Source: Actinomycetota bacterium (GTDB lineage: Bacteria > Actinomycetota > Actinomycetes > S36-B12 > UBA5976). Taken from it: a DNA stretch of 64,000 nt. The notes beneath the pieces were generated by a model. The model did no database searches, was not told the origin of the DNA, and saw nothing but the letters and a program-made list of their open reading frames with translations. Where the stretch lies: assembly GCA_009698575.1 (NCBI GenBank), contig WLPX01000002.1:8790-72789 (forward strand). The letters run 5' to 3'. The position numbers and the translations under genes are program-made. Shown one piece after another: positions 27,725-38,211 of this stretch (within the stretch, counting starts at the first letter, position 1; every line of letters starts with the position of its first letter).

Positions 27725-28537
27725 TCAGTCGCGTGCTCGGCGACCTTTACTAGGAGTCTTTCCTTGGGCGTACCAGCGTCCGTCCCCGTATTCCACAACC
27801 AGTGGAATATTGAAAGCCTGCGACATAGGTTCACTTGCAATAACTTCGGGAACTGGGCCTTGCGAGCTAACTTGGCCAGATTTAAGTAGCAATGCATGGG
27901 TGAAGTTGGGTGGAATCTCTTCGACGTGATGCGTAACTAACACCAAACTTGGTGCGTTGTGGTCGCCAGCGAGTGTGGCAAGTCGCGCCACTAAATCTTC
28001 GCGACCACCTACGTCTAAGCCAGCCGCAGGTTCATCAAGAATCAGTAGCTCTGGATCACACATCAACGCTCTAGCAATTTGCACGCGTTTACGCTCACCT
28101 TCGGAAAGGTTGCCGATTCGCCGGTTCGCAAGAGTCGTCAATCCCCAGTCAGAAAGCAATTGGTGTGCGCGATCGCGATCAACTTGCTCGTATCTCTCGC
28201 GCCATCGTCCTGAGATGCCGTAAGCAGAAGTTAGGACGCTATCTAAAACCGTTTCTTGACTGGGTAGCAAGGAGGCTACGGCTGCGCTAGAAATTCCAAC
28301 CAGTGTACGCAATTCGCGAAGATCCGTTTTACCGACTTCGTGGCCGAGGATTCGTGCTCGCCCAGTTGTTGGATGCATGTAGCCGGAACAGATTTGCATC
28401 AGAGTAGTTTTGCCTGCACCATTTGAACCCATGATCACCCAGCGTTGACCAGTGGAAACCTGCCAGGTAACGCGACTTAAGATTTCGTTTGCATCACGGC
28501 GTACTGTGACATCCTGCAAATCCAAAATCTCAGACAC
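27725..28537 (-). CDS. ABC ATP-binding protein (no adjacent permease)
   Basis: GSNGAGKTT, LSEGERKR, ILDEP, VTHHVEEIP. Confidence 0.92.
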   Translation of the reverse strand: MSEILDLQDVTVRRDANEILSRVTWQVSTGQRWVIMGSNGAGKTTLMQICSGYMHPTTGRARILGHEVGKTDLRELRTLVGISSAAVASLLPSQETVLDSVLTSAYGISGRWRERYEQVDRDRAHQLLSDWGLTTLANRRIGNLSEGERKRVQIARALMCDPELLILDEPAAGLDVGGREDLVARLATLAGDHNAPSLVLVTHHVEEIPPNFTHALLLKSGQVSSQGPVPEVIASEPMSQAFNIPLVVEYGDGRWYAQGKTPSKGRRARD

Positions 28538-28587
28538 GTAGCCAATCTACTGCCTGCTAATCCAAAAGAATCGCGTAAGGTAGCCAC

Positions 28588-29289
28588 ATGCCAACCGCAC
28601 TTTGGGCTCCGCCAGCGGTCATCATCGCCCTTTGGATTAATTCGGCTCGGAAAAGCGCTGTCACTACAACTGATGCGATAAATGCCTTGGAAACTATCGT
28701 TGCGGAGACTAACTCGGCCATAAGCCTTGTAGCGGAACTGGGTACTGAACTCAGCGGTGGCCAAGTTGCTCGTCTAGGACTATCTGCACCTGATCCTGTC
28801 AGTGTTGGGTTACCGATACCTGGTGACCCAGCCGGAGTACCAGCAACAATTCTTTCCCAGATTGAAGCCAGTGCCGGTGTTGTCGCGTTGGACCGAGAGC
28901 ACCTACTTGTTCAACACCGCGAAATTGGGTGGCAAATAATCGCTACCCCACATGCCATAGTTCATCAGGATCTTAATTTTGCAAAGACTCAACTGACCAG
29001 CGCAATTGCGCTGGCGGCGAATTTCTTGTCACAATCTGATCTAGTTGGTGATCACTCCAAGATTTCTGAATCATTGCAGAAATTTAGAACTTTGCATTTG
29101 CCACCAAATCTAAATCAAAAGCATGTGGAGTCACTAGAACTTGCTGCACGAGTTCACATCGTGGCAACTGGCGCGATCGCGGACAGCGAAGCAGTCGCAT
29201 CTCCAAGCCAAGATCGCATGCGTGTTCAAGTCCTACGAAACCTTGAGAGAGATTGCTTGCAATTACTTCAAGCTGGAGCGATCTGTTAA
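28588..29289 (+). CDS. Hypothetical protein (actinobacterial type)
   Basis: 233-aa ORF filling the gap exactly; LPIPGDPAG motif; TAAGGT 6 nt before the ATG. Confidence 0.75.
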   Translation: MPTALWAPPAVIIALWINSARKSAVTTTDAINALETIVAETNSAISLVAELGTELSGGQVARLGLSAPDPVSVGLPIPGDPAGVPATILSQIEASAGVVALDREHLLVQHREIGWQIIATPHAIVHQDLNFAKTQLTSAIALAANFLSQSDLVGDHSKISESLQKFRTLHLPPNLNQKHVESLELAARVHIVATGAIADSEAVASPSQDRMRVQVLRNLERDCLQLLQAGAIC

Positions 29290-29319
29290 TAGGAAAAATT
29301 CCACCTATAGACTTTAGCG

Positions 29320-30507
29320 ATGGACGAACTGTTAGTACTTACGGTGAGTGGCCACGATCAACCAGGCACTACAGCTGGTGTCACCAAAATTTTGAGTTCT
29401 TATGCCGTAACGATCGCCCAAATGCAGCAGATAGTTCTACAGGATGAGCTGGTGTTGGGTCTGACCTTAATTGCTGAAAACCTGGACCATATTGCACAAA
29501 TGGAAGATGAACTTGTAGATTTTCTAAGTTCACGCAACATGTCACTACGGATTGCGACAGTCCCTAAGTCCGAATCAGATGCAAAATTGCAGCGACTCCT
29601 TGTTACAGTCCTTGGCAACCCTCTAACTCCTGCGGCTGTAGCAGCAATTACCGCAACTGTAGCCTCACATGGTGCGAACATCGAGCGCATAAGGCAAGTA
29701 GCCGAATTCCCTGTCACTGCAATTGAATTCCAAATAGCAGGCGTAGCACAGGAGGATTTGCGTGGATCGCTATCTGATGTCGCCCGAACAAATTCAATTG
29801 ACATAGCTGTGCAAATGGCAAATCTAGACCGTAGAGGCGTGCAGCTTGTGGTCCTCGATGTAGATTCCACGATCATTCAACAAGAAGTTATTGACTTACT
29901 TGCGAGCTATGCCGGCGTTGAAGCGCAAGTATCTAAGATCACCCATAGAGCCATGAATGGTGAGTTGGATTTCACTCAATCACTCGTACAGCGCGTGGCG
30001 CTCCTGAAAGGACTACCTGCCAGCAAGCTCAATGATGTTCGTAAAGACATTGTTTTCACGCCGGGTGCAGCAACTCTATGCCGCACTCTGCGCCGACTGG
30101 GATTCCATGTCGCGCTGGTGAGTGGCGGCTTTCTGGAAGTCGTTGAACCCTTAGCTAATGAATTAGGTATTGATGAAGTGAGAGCAAACCGCCTAGAGGT
30201 AGTTGACGGCGTATTAACTGGGAAGTTGATTGGTCCAATTATCGATCGCATTGCAAAAGCTTCTGCTTTGCGAGATTTCGCGGAGAAATACAAGGTTCCT
30301 ATGAGCCGCACTATTGCGGTTGGTGATGGTGCTAATGACCTTGACATGTTGAGTGCTGCCGCATTGGGCATAGCATTCAATGCCAAGCCTTATGTTCGGG
30401 AACGAGCTGATTCATCGCTAACTTCTCCATTTTTGGACACGATATTATTTGTAATGGGAATTAGTCGAGATGAAATAGAGCAAGCAGACATTCAGCAAAC
30501 TAACTGA
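29320..30507 (+). CDS. serB: Phosphoserine phosphatase with two ACT domains
   Basis: G.DQPG, DVDST (HAD motif I), AMNGELDF, VSGGF, GDGANDL. Confidence 0.95.
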   Translation: MDELLVLTVSGHDQPGTTAGVTKILSSYAVTIAQMQQIVLQDELVLGLTLIAENLDHIAQMEDELVDFLSSRNMSLRIATVPKSESDAKLQRLLVTVLGNPLTPAAVAAITATVASHGANIERIRQVAEFPVTAIEFQIAGVAQEDLRGSLSDVARTNSIDIAVQMANLDRRGVQLVVLDVDSTIIQQEVIDLLASYAGVEAQVSKITHRAMNGELDFTQSLVQRVALLKGLPASKLNDVRKDIVFTPGAATLCRTLRRLGFHVALVSGGFLEVVEPLANELGIDEVRANRLEVVDGVLTGKLIGPIIDRIAKASALRDFAEKYKVPMSRTIAVGDGANDLDMLSAAALGIAFNAKPYVRERADSSLTSPFLDTILFVMGISRDEIEQADIQQTN

Positions 30508-30511
30508 TTGC

Positions 30512-31285
30512 TCAAGGACCGCCCTGGCTATGTACGCCACCATCAACGTGGATAATTTCTCCGGTGGTCGCAGGGAACCAATCCGAGAACATTGCAATGC
30601 AGGCTTTGGCAGTTGGAATTGGATCGGAAGTATCCCAACCAATCGGTGCCCGGCGTTGCCACATTGGACCAAACTCATCGAACCCAGGTATTCCCTTTGC
30701 GGCCGTGGTGTAAAGCGGTCCGGCGGCAATTAAATTAACGCGTACATTCTTTGGTCCCAAGTCTCGAGCTAAGTAACGACAGGTCGATTCCAGCGCTGCT
30801 TTAGATACGCCCATCCAGTCGTAAAACGGCCAGGTAACTGTGGCGTCAAAATCCAAGCCAAGTAATTGCCCACCACGTTCTTGCATAAGCGGCAAAGTGG
30901 CCATTCCTAAAGACTTGAAAGAGAATGCTGAAATCTCTAGTGCGACTTTGACGTCATCCCATTCAGTGTTTAGAAAATTGCCGCCGAGTGCAGCTTCGGG
31001 AGCGAATGCAATTGAGTGTAGGACGCCATCAAGGTGAGGCACATGCTTCTTAACTTCGTCAGCCAAGTTCGCAAGGTCATCTGCATTGGTTATGTCTAGT
31101 TGCACAATTGGCACTTCAGTTGGCAAGCGACCAGCAATTCTCTTTGTTAGCCCTGCTGCTCGACCGAAGCTGGATAGCACGACAGTAGCGCCCTGCTCCT
31201 GTGCCAAGCGCGCAACGTGATACGCGATCGAAGAATCTGTTAACACTCCAGTAATCAGGAGGTTCTTTCCATCAAGAATGCCCAT
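30512..31285 (-). CDS. fabI: Enoyl-ACP reductase (InhA/FabI)
   Basis: ITGVLTDSSIA, HSIAFAP, YDWMGVSKAALES, GEIIHVDGG. Confidence 0.95.
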   Translation of the reverse strand: MGILDGKNLLITGVLTDSSIAYHVARLAQEQGATVVLSSFGRAAGLTKRIAGRLPTEVPIVQLDITNADDLANLADEVKKHVPHLDGVLHSIAFAPEAALGGNFLNTEWDDVKVALEISAFSFKSLGMATLPLMQERGGQLLGLDFDATVTWPFYDWMGVSKAALESTCRYLARDLGPKNVRVNLIAAGPLYTTAAKGIPGFDEFGPMWQRRAPIGWDTSDPIPTAKACIAMFSDWFPATTGEIIHVDGGVHSQGGP

Positions 31286-31291
31286 AGCGCT

Positions 31292-31996
31292 CTAGTGTCC
31301 CATACCTAATCCACCATCGACGGGAATGACAGCACCGGTGATGTATTGCGCATCAGTTGAAGCCAAGAATGCGACGACGTCAGCGACCTCCGCTGCCGAA
31401 CCGTAGCGACCCAACGGAATGTTTCCAACGATCGCAGCTTTGCGCTCATCACTCAAAACTGCAGTCATGTCAGTATCAATAAACCCTGGCGCTACTACGT
31501 TTACGGTTACATTGCGAAGACCATGTTCTCTGGCTAGAGATCGTGCCGCACCCACAAGTCCGGCTTTGGACGCCGCATAATTAACTTGCCCAGCTGAACC
31601 CATCAAGGCCACGACACTAGAAACGAAAATTATGCGACCATTACGTGCTTGAGTCATACTTCGCGAGGCTCGACGAGCAACTCGTAATGCTCCCGTTAGG
31701 TTGGTGTTCAAAACTTCGTCAATGTCCTCATCTGACATTCGTACGAGTAACTTGTCTCGCGTAACCCCAGCATTAGCAATCGCCACCTCAACGGGTCCGA
31801 ATTTGGCTTCAACTTCGACAAAAGCTGCATCTACGCTGGCACTTGTTGTTACATCGCATTGAACAACGTTTAGTCCAGGAACCGCATCACCACTACGACT
31901 AGTGACGACAACAGTGTCACCTTGAGCCAGGAAGCGTTGAGCGATGGACAGGCCAATTCCACGGTTTCCGCCTGTTATCAACACCACTCTCGACAT
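31292..31996 (-). CDS. fabG: 3-oxoacyl-ACP reductase (MabA/FabG)
   Basis: TGGNRGIG, NAG, YAASKAG, PGFIDTDMT, VDGGLGMGH; paired with fabI. Confidence 0.95.
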   Translation of the reverse strand: MSRVVLITGGNRGIGLSIAQRFLAQGDTVVVTSRSGDAVPGLNVVQCDVTTSASVDAAFVEVEAKFGPVEVAIANAGVTRDKLLVRMSDEDIDEVLNTNLTGALRVARRASRSMTQARNGRIIFVSSVVALMGSAGQVNYAASKAGLVGAARSLAREHGLRNVTVNVVAPGFIDTDMTAVLSDERKAAIVGNIPLGRYGSAAEVADVVAFLASTDAQYITGAVIPVDGGLGMGH

Positions 31997-32066
31997 GAGA
32001 CAAGGCTACCGTCTCTAGCAGCTTTGCCATGGCTAGGGTTAGAGAGCCTAGAAAGAATAGATTTTT

Positions 32067-33557
32067 ATGATTTTGATCCCTTCTCCGCTACCGCCGGAAA
32101 GTTTGGCCGCTGTGGCCCTTGATACTGCCACCAAACTTGGCGCATCCGTTGCGCAGTTCCGGATTGCAGCTCATGATTCCCGAGGTGTCTCCCTTCGTGA
32201 TGGCGAAGTCGAAAACATCGGGGCTGACACCAGCGTGACAATGAGCGTGCGCGTTGTACATTCAGGGGCTTGGGGTTTTGCCGCTTCAACAGATCTATCT
32301 CAGGCAGGCGCTATCGACACAGCTACTCGAGCAATCAACATGGCAAAACTAAGTTCCTTAGTAACCGTTGACGAAGTTGTTTTAGCGGCCGAGCCAGTTC
32401 ACGGTAAGCAAGCCTGGACATTACCAATTGAGATCGACGCATTTGCAAAGAGTGATGATGAAGTAATTGCTTTCTTGCAAAGTTGGAATACCAAGCTGGC
32501 AGATTCATCAATTGTGAGTCACATCGAAAGCAACGTAGCGATGGGCCGAGATCGAACTTTTTACGCAGATTTGGTCGGTAATGAAATAACTCAGCAGCGC
32601 GATCGGATTTCTGCAGCACTCACTGCAATTCACGTCAGCGATAGTGGCTTTGAAGACATGCGGACTTGCGCCCCACCTGCTGGTAGAGGCTGGGAATACT
32701 TAACTGGTAGTGGCTGGGATTGGGATTCCGAAATAACCCGGCTGCCGCAATTGTTAGATGAAAAGGTTAAGTCGCCTTCTGTAACTCCGGGTGCCTGGGA
32801 TTTGGTTATTGATCCAACAAATTTGTGGCTTACGATTCACGAGTCCATCGGTCACGCTACCGAATTAGACCGAGCCTTGGGTTACGAAGCTAACTACGCA
32901 GGAACCTCATTTGCCACAATAGATAAACTCGGCAGCTTCCAATATGGTTCAGGGATCATGAATGTCACGGGCGATCGCAATGCAGAGCATGGCTTGTCAA
33001 CCGTAGCTTTTGATGACGAAGGAGTTGCCAGCCAGCAGTGGGACCTCATTAAGGATGGTGTCCTAGTTGGTTATCAAACTGATCGGTCTATCGCCAGCAA
33101 GATTGGAATGCAGCGGTCAAATGGCTGTGCCTTCGCGGACTCTGCGCTGCATTCACCAATCCAACGCATGCCTAACGTTTCTTTGCAGCCTGGAACCGAT
33201 AACGCCAGTACTGCTGATCTGATTTCAGATGTGAAGCGTGGAATCTACATCGTTGGTGATAAGTCATGGTCCATAGACATGCAACGCTATAACTTCCAAT
33301 TCACTGGTCAACGATTCCACGAGATTCGCGATGGAAAGATTGTGGGCCAACTTAAGGACGTGGCTTACCAAGCTAAGACGCCTGACTTTTGGGGTGCGAT
33401 GAAACGCTTGGGTGGTTCCGAGACTTATTTATTGGGTGGCGCTCTTAATTGCGGAAAAGGCCAGCCTGGTCAAGTAGCACCAGTAAGTCATGGCTGTCCA
33501 AGTGCGCTCTTCACCGGCATAAATGTGCTCAATACCCGAAACGAGAGTGCATCATGA
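32067..33557 (+). CDS. tldD: TldD family metalloprotease
   Basis: HESIGHATELD (HExxxH), DDEG, QRMPN, CGKGQP.Q. Confidence 0.92.
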   Translation: MILIPSPLPPESLAAVALDTATKLGASVAQFRIAAHDSRGVSLRDGEVENIGADTSVTMSVRVVHSGAWGFAASTDLSQAGAIDTATRAINMAKLSSLVTVDEVVLAAEPVHGKQAWTLPIEIDAFAKSDDEVIAFLQSWNTKLADSSIVSHIESNVAMGRDRTFYADLVGNEITQQRDRISAALTAIHVSDSGFEDMRTCAPPAGRGWEYLTGSGWDWDSEITRLPQLLDEKVKSPSVTPGAWDLVIDPTNLWLTIHESIGHATELDRALGYEANYAGTSFATIDKLGSFQYGSGIMNVTGDRNAEHGLSTVAFDDEGVASQQWDLIKDGVLVGYQTDRSIASKIGMQRSNGCAFADSALHSPIQRMPNVSLQPGTDNASTADLISDVKRGIYIVGDKSWSIDMQRYNFQFTGQRFHEIRDGKIVGQLKDVAYQAKTPDFWGAMKRLGGSETYLLGGALNCGKGQPGQVAPVSHGCPSALFTGINVLNTRNESAS

Positions 33558-34933
33558 CAGCCTTAAACCTGCCCGAGGCAGTCGAGTATGCCCTGGAACA
33601 GCTAGGCACTGATGGCGGTGTTGTGATCGGTGGCAACAGCGCAACGAATAATTTGCGTTGGGCTAACTCAGCACTTACAACTAATGGTGACTCAGTTGAT
33701 CAAACACTAGCTATTTCAGCATTCGTGCCAGTATCTGGCGGAGTTGGCAACGGAATGGCAAGTGGCCAGATCAGAGATCGCCACGACATAGATCTTTTGG
33801 TAGCTGCCAGCAAGGCTGCTGCTAAGTCAGCCGGTCCGGCAGTTGACGCTATGGACCTCGTGGCTGGACCGCAACATGCTGATTTCAGTTCTGCAGCGCA
33901 AGATCTAGGCGTGGCAGAGCTAACTCATGTGAGCTCGGGTCTGGCGGAGATTCTGCAACGTAAAGATCAACAGTTCTTTGGTTATGCCGAGCAATCTCGC
34001 GACACGACCTACGTCGGTACATCAAGTGGCACCAGAATGCGCTTTGTCGAAGACACCAGCCGGTTTGAACTGTGTGCTAAAAGTTTTGATCGCACGAGCT
34101 CTGCTTGGTCGGGCCAAGGCGGCACCACTTTAGCTAACGTAAATTTGGAAACGCATGCGAACGAAGTCTTGAGCAAACTTGAATATCAGAAAGTAGCAAT
34201 TGAGATTGCGCCTGGCCGACACACTGTCGCCTTGTCTCCAAGTGCCGTAGCGGACTTAATGATTTACCTACTTTGGAGCGCTGCAGCACGGGATGCGGCC
34301 GAAGGACGTAACGCTTTTGCAAACCCACAAGGTGGCACTCGTGTTGGTGAAAAGCTTTCACCTCGCAAACTTTCACTGATCACGGATCCGCATATTCCTG
34401 GAATTGAAACGATTGATCATGTAATTGCACTCGGGTCCTCGGCGCTTTCAAGTGCATTTGATACTGGCTTAGCGATCCCTCGAGCAAATGTCATCACTGA
34501 TGGAGTTTTAACAGCTTTGGGCAGCAGTCGACATGCAGCAGAAACTGCAAAGCTGCCATTTACACCTTTAACTGACAACATTAGTTTCTCGGATTCAGAT
34601 GGCTCTGGTTCATTGACTGACTTAGCTAGTCGCATGACCGACGGTTTGCTGATTACTTGTTTGTGGTACATCCGCGAAGTTGATCCCCAGAACCTGTTGC
34701 TAACCGGACTCACGCGTGATGGTGTGTACGTAGTTCGAGACGGTCAGATTGTGGGTGCCGCAAACAACTTCAGGTTCAACGAGTCCCCGATAGATATGTT
34801 GAGTCGAGTTATTGATGCTGGCGATGCGGCTGCTTGCCTACCTCGAGAATGGGCCGATTGGTTTTCTCGAGCTCAAGTGGCTCCGTTAATGATCGACAAG
34901 TTTAATTTGTCGACTCGCTCTGATGCGGTTTAA
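33554..34933 (+). CDS. TldE/PmbA family protein
   Basis: LRWANS, LWYIR.VDP...LLTGLTRDG, NNFRFNESP; no HExxxH; ATGA overlap with tldD. Confidence 0.88.
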   Translation: MTALNLPEAVEYALEQLGTDGGVVIGGNSATNNLRWANSALTTNGDSVDQTLAISAFVPVSGGVGNGMASGQIRDRHDIDLLVAASKAAAKSAGPAVDAMDLVAGPQHADFSSAAQDLGVAELTHVSSGLAEILQRKDQQFFGYAEQSRDTTYVGTSSGTRMRFVEDTSRFELCAKSFDRTSSAWSGQGGTTLANVNLETHANEVLSKLEYQKVAIEIAPGRHTVALSPSAVADLMIYLLWSAAARDAAEGRNAFANPQGGTRVGEKLSPRKLSLITDPHIPGIETIDHVIALGSSALSSAFDTGLAIPRANVITDGVLTALGSSRHAAETAKLPFTPLTDNISFSDSDGSGSLTDLASRMTDGLLITCLWYIREVDPQNLLLTGLTRDGVYVVRDGQIVGAANNFRFNESPIDMLSRVIDAGDAAACLPREWADWFSRAQVAPLMIDKFNLSTRSDAV

Positions 34934-35142
34934 GCATCTTCTAGACGATAACCCAACTTCATTCCGACCTGGATAAACGTAAGATCGCCATCGCGGAGAT
35001 TGCCACGGATTTCAGTGATCTCAAACCAGTCAATGTGTCGCGTTGACTCAGAAGCTCGTTTCAAGCCATTTCGGATTGCTTCATCAATACTGACCGGCGA
35101 TGTGCCAACGATTTCAGTTAGAGCGTAAGTGCGTGTGGACAT
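34930..35142 (-). CDS. Dodecin (flavin-binding)
   Basis: TY..TEIVGTS..SIDEAIRNG, WFEI.EIRG, QV.MKLGYRLE; AGGAG SD. Confidence 0.92.
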   Translation of the reverse strand: MSTRTYALTEIVGTSPVSIDEAIRNGLKRASESTRHIDWFEITEIRGNLRDGDLTFIQVGMKLGYRLEDA

Positions 35143-35218
35143 CAAGACTCCTGTACGAATGCCAAATTCCTAATAACACCGTAGCCTAGAGGAATCAACT
35201 TAAAAGCAGTAGGTGGCC

Positions 35219-35518
35219 ATGACAAACGAACCTGAGGTATTCAGTATTACTGGAGCCCAGACTTCGCTATCCCAAGATCAATCCGGGCGACAACGTCGCT
35301 ACCTAATTAGCATGGGGTTGCGCACGGCCTGCTTCGTTGGTGGAATTTTGGCTGAAGGCGTGCTGCGTTGGGTACTTATATTTGGAGCCGTTGCTCTGCC
35401 GTATTTTGCCGTCGTGATTGCAAATGCCGGTCGTGAACGAGGCAATTGGTTTGGATCTGGAGACTTTGTGTCCGGTAACACCGATGCCATCGAAGCTCCA
35501 CCAACAACGCTTCATTAG
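35219..35518 (+). CDS. DUF3099 family membrane protein
   Basis: SITGA..S...DQ..R.RRYLISM..RT.CF, LPYFAVVIAN. Confidence 0.85.
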   Translation: MTNEPEVFSITGAQTSLSQDQSGRQRRYLISMGLRTACFVGGILAEGVLRWVLIFGAVALPYFAVVIANAGRERGNWFGSGDFVSGNTDAIEAPPTTLH

Positions 35519-35528
35519 CCTTATAAGC

Positions 35529-36290
35529 GTGTTTAGATTTCTGCTCCAGCCTAAATGGATCGCAGTCACCCTTGTTTGTTTAATCGCACTGCCAGCCTTT
35601 CAAGCACTTTCCGACTGGCAGTGGCGGCGACTCGACCAGCGGCACATCTATAACAAGCAGATTCTTGCCGAGATTGCCAAACCTGAAGTTCCAATCACCG
35701 ATTTGGTTGATCTTGGTTCATACCCTTTGGTGCTAGTTGAAGAGGCACAGTGGCGAACGGTTGAGGCAACGGGTACGTGGCTTGCTGCAGATCAAGTTCT
35801 TGTTCGCAAAAAGAGTCTTGAATCTGATTTGGGATTGTGGGTAGTAACGCCATTGCAACTTACTGACGGCACGATTGTCATGGTGAACAGAGGTTGGACT
35901 GCGGCAGCCAATTCAGCAGTTGATAGTCCGGTTGTAACAGATTCTCCAACTGGTCAAGTTGAAGTATTGGGCCGAGTGCGAGATGTTGCGCAACGCAAAA
36001 AATCAGCGCCTACTGACTTGCCAGACGGGCAAGTCGATCAAATAGTTCCGCTGGAAATAGTTGACTCCCCCAAAACCTTGAGCAATGTCTACCTAGAAAT
36101 GACCGCTAGTCGGCCGGAATCTCGATCCAATGACATTCGCGAATTGCCGGCGCCAGAAGTAACCGAAGGTCCGCACCGTTCGTACGCAGTCCAATGGATC
36201 TTTTTTGAGATCATGACTGTGATTGGTTGGGTAGTTTTAGTTCGCAATGAAGTACTCGAACAAAAGAAACAAAAGGTATTAGAGAGCTAA
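35529..36290 (+). CDS. SURF1 family cytochrome oxidase biogenesis protein
   Basis: MFRFLL..KW, WQWRR, WVVTPL, VNRGW, GPH.SYAVQW; start placed at GTG 35529. Confidence 0.9.
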   Translation: MFRFLLQPKWIAVTLVCLIALPAFQALSDWQWRRLDQRHIYNKQILAEIAKPEVPITDLVDLGSYPLVLVEEAQWRTVEATGTWLAADQVLVRKKSLESDLGLWVVTPLQLTDGTIVMVNRGWTAAANSAVDSPVVTDSPTGQVEVLGRVRDVAQRKKSAPTDLPDGQVDQIVPLEIVDSPKTLSNVYLEMTASRPESRSNDIRELPAPEVTEGPHRSYAVQWIFFEIMTVIGWVVLVRNEVLEQKKQKVLES

Positions 36291-38170
36291 TCGGTTGCAT
36301 TCGATTCATTGAACTGCAAGCCATAAAGTTCGGCATACAAACCGCCTTGAGCGAGTAGTTCATCATGCGTACCTCGTTGTACTATGCGACCTTCGTCCAA
36401 AACTAGAATCTGATTTGCTTGGCGAATAGTAGATAACCTATGTGCAACCACAATTGAAGTTCTGCCCTGCAATGCGATGGCTAAGGCAGCCTGTACAGCT
36501 GCTTCATTCTCCGAATCAAGATGAGCTGTGGCTTCATCTAGTACTACTACATCGGGTGCTTTAAGCAGTAAGCGAGCAATTGCTATTCGTTGTTTCTCGC
36601 CGCCAGAAAGTCGATGCCCGCGATCCCCAACAACTGTGTCTAAGCCGTCAGGAAGTTCCCTTATCATGTCTTCAATCTGCGCACTGGCACAGGCTTGCCA
36701 AATTTGCTCTTCAGTTGCATCCGTCTTCGCGTACATCAAATTTGCTCGGATTGTGTCGTGATACATGTGCGCATCCTGAGTCACAACTCCAACAATTCGA
36801 TGCAACGATTCTTGAGTTGCATCTTTCACATCAATACCTGAGATTCGAACTGTGCCAGTAGTTGCGTCATAGAGCCGCGAGACCAAGGTTGTAATTGTGC
36901 TTTTGCCAGCTCCCGATGGGCCGACTAGCGCAATCATTTCGCCAGGTTGCGCAGCGAAGGTTACATCATGCAAGGTCGATTCACTTATGGTCCGGCTGTC
37001 TGGATGGGCAACTATCTCCAAACTTGCAAGTGACACTTCTGGTCCAGACGGATAGCGGAATTCAACGTGATCGAATTCCACACTGGTTGGTCCGGCTGCC
37101 AACTCTTGGGCATTTGCCTTATCTTTGACCATCGGCTCTAGGTCAAGCACCTCAAAGACTCGTTCAAACGAAACAAGTGAAGTCATGATGTCTACTCGAA
37201 CATTGGCAAGCGCTGTGATTGGTCCATACAAACGCCCCAGCAATGCGGTGAGCGCAAGCAACGTACCTAGCGTCAATGTGCCATTAATTACCGATACGCC
37301 ACCCATGCCGTAAACCAAAGCAGTAGCAAGAGAACCTACTAAAACCATGGCAGTGAAAAAGACACTATTGGACATGGCAATTCGAATACCCATGTGGCGT
37401 ACCGAATCGGCCTTCTCGGAAAACATTTTAGATTCCCGTTGTGGCGTGCCAAATATCTTCATCAAGAGTGCGCCTGACACATTGAAGCGTTCCGCCATCT
37501 GAGTACTCATGGCTGAGTTGAAATCAGCTTGTTGCCGAGTTAACGACTGCAATCTGCTACCCATCCAACGCGCAGGAACCATGAATAATGGCAACAACAA
37601 CAGCGAAGCCAGTGTTATCTGCCATGACAAAACAAACATCGTGCCGGCGACGACGACGAGGCTAATTACATTGCCAACTACCCCACCCAGTGTTGAAGTA
37701 AAAGCACGCTGTGCACCCATAACATCGCTATTTAGTCTGGAAATTAGGGCACCGGTTTGTGCCCGAGTGAAAAATGCGATCGATTGCAATTGCACGTGAT
37801 CAAAAACTTGGGTGCGCATATTGAAGATCAAACCTTCGCCGATTGTGGATTGCATTTGTCGGCTGAGTAGTCCTAAACCTGCGCCCAAAACTGCGGTGCC
37901 AGCAATGGCTACAGCCATCCAGATCACCATGGTGGAGTCCTTGTTCGGGATGGCCGTATCAACTATTCGTTTGAATAAAAGTGGCTGCGCTACAACCAGC
38001 AATGAATCGACAACTAACAGCGCAAGGTATGCAGTGATGTAAAACTTGAACTCTCGGGCATAGCTAAATACGCGCTTGAGTGTGCCTGCGGTTAGTTGCT
38101 TTTGTTTAACAGATCGATCGCGAGTAAAACCTTGATAAGCCGCCCATGGGTTCCCACCGTGCAAACTCAT
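36287..38170 (-). CDS. ABC exporter, fused permease/ATPase
   Basis: TM domain followed by GPSGAGKS, LSGGEKQR, LDEATAHLD. Confidence 0.94.
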   Translation of the reverse strand: MSLHGGNPWAAYQGFTRDRSVKQKQLTAGTLKRVFSYAREFKFYITAYLALLVVDSLLVVAQPLLFKRIVDTAIPNKDSTMVIWMAVAIAGTAVLGAGLGLLSRQMQSTIGEGLIFNMRTQVFDHVQLQSIAFFTRAQTGALISRLNSDVMGAQRAFTSTLGGVVGNVISLVVVAGTMFVLSWQITLASLLLLPLFMVPARWMGSRLQSLTRQQADFNSAMSTQMAERFNVSGALLMKIFGTPQRESKMFSEKADSVRHMGIRIAMSNSVFFTAMVLVGSLATALVYGMGGVSVINGTLTLGTLLALTALLGRLYGPITALANVRVDIMTSLVSFERVFEVLDLEPMVKDKANAQELAAGPTSVEFDHVEFRYPSGPEVSLASLEIVAHPDSRTISESTLHDVTFAAQPGEMIALVGPSGAGKSTITTLVSRLYDATTGTVRISGIDVKDATQESLHRIVGVVTQDAHMYHDTIRANLMYAKTDATEEQIWQACASAQIEDMIRELPDGLDTVVGDRGHRLSGGEKQRIAIARLLLKAPDVVVLDEATAHLDSENEAAVQAALAIALQGRTSIVVAHRLSTIRQANQILVLDEGRIVQRGTHDELLAQGGLYAELYGLQFNESNATD

Positions 38171-38211
38171 CTAAACCGCCACCTAAATCTCTCTAAGTAC
38201 CAACTGTATTG

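Noticed and set aside
20161-29289. Active integrative element or prophage at tRNA-Leu
   Set aside because: No integrase, transposase or phage gene, no att repeat seen; cargo includes housekeeping genes.
32067-35142. tldD-pmbA plus small ORF as a RiPP cluster
   Set aside because: The small ORF is a convergent dodecin; no YcaO, radical SAM or precursor peptide; tldD/pmbA beside fabG-fabI is a familiar actinobacterial arrangement.
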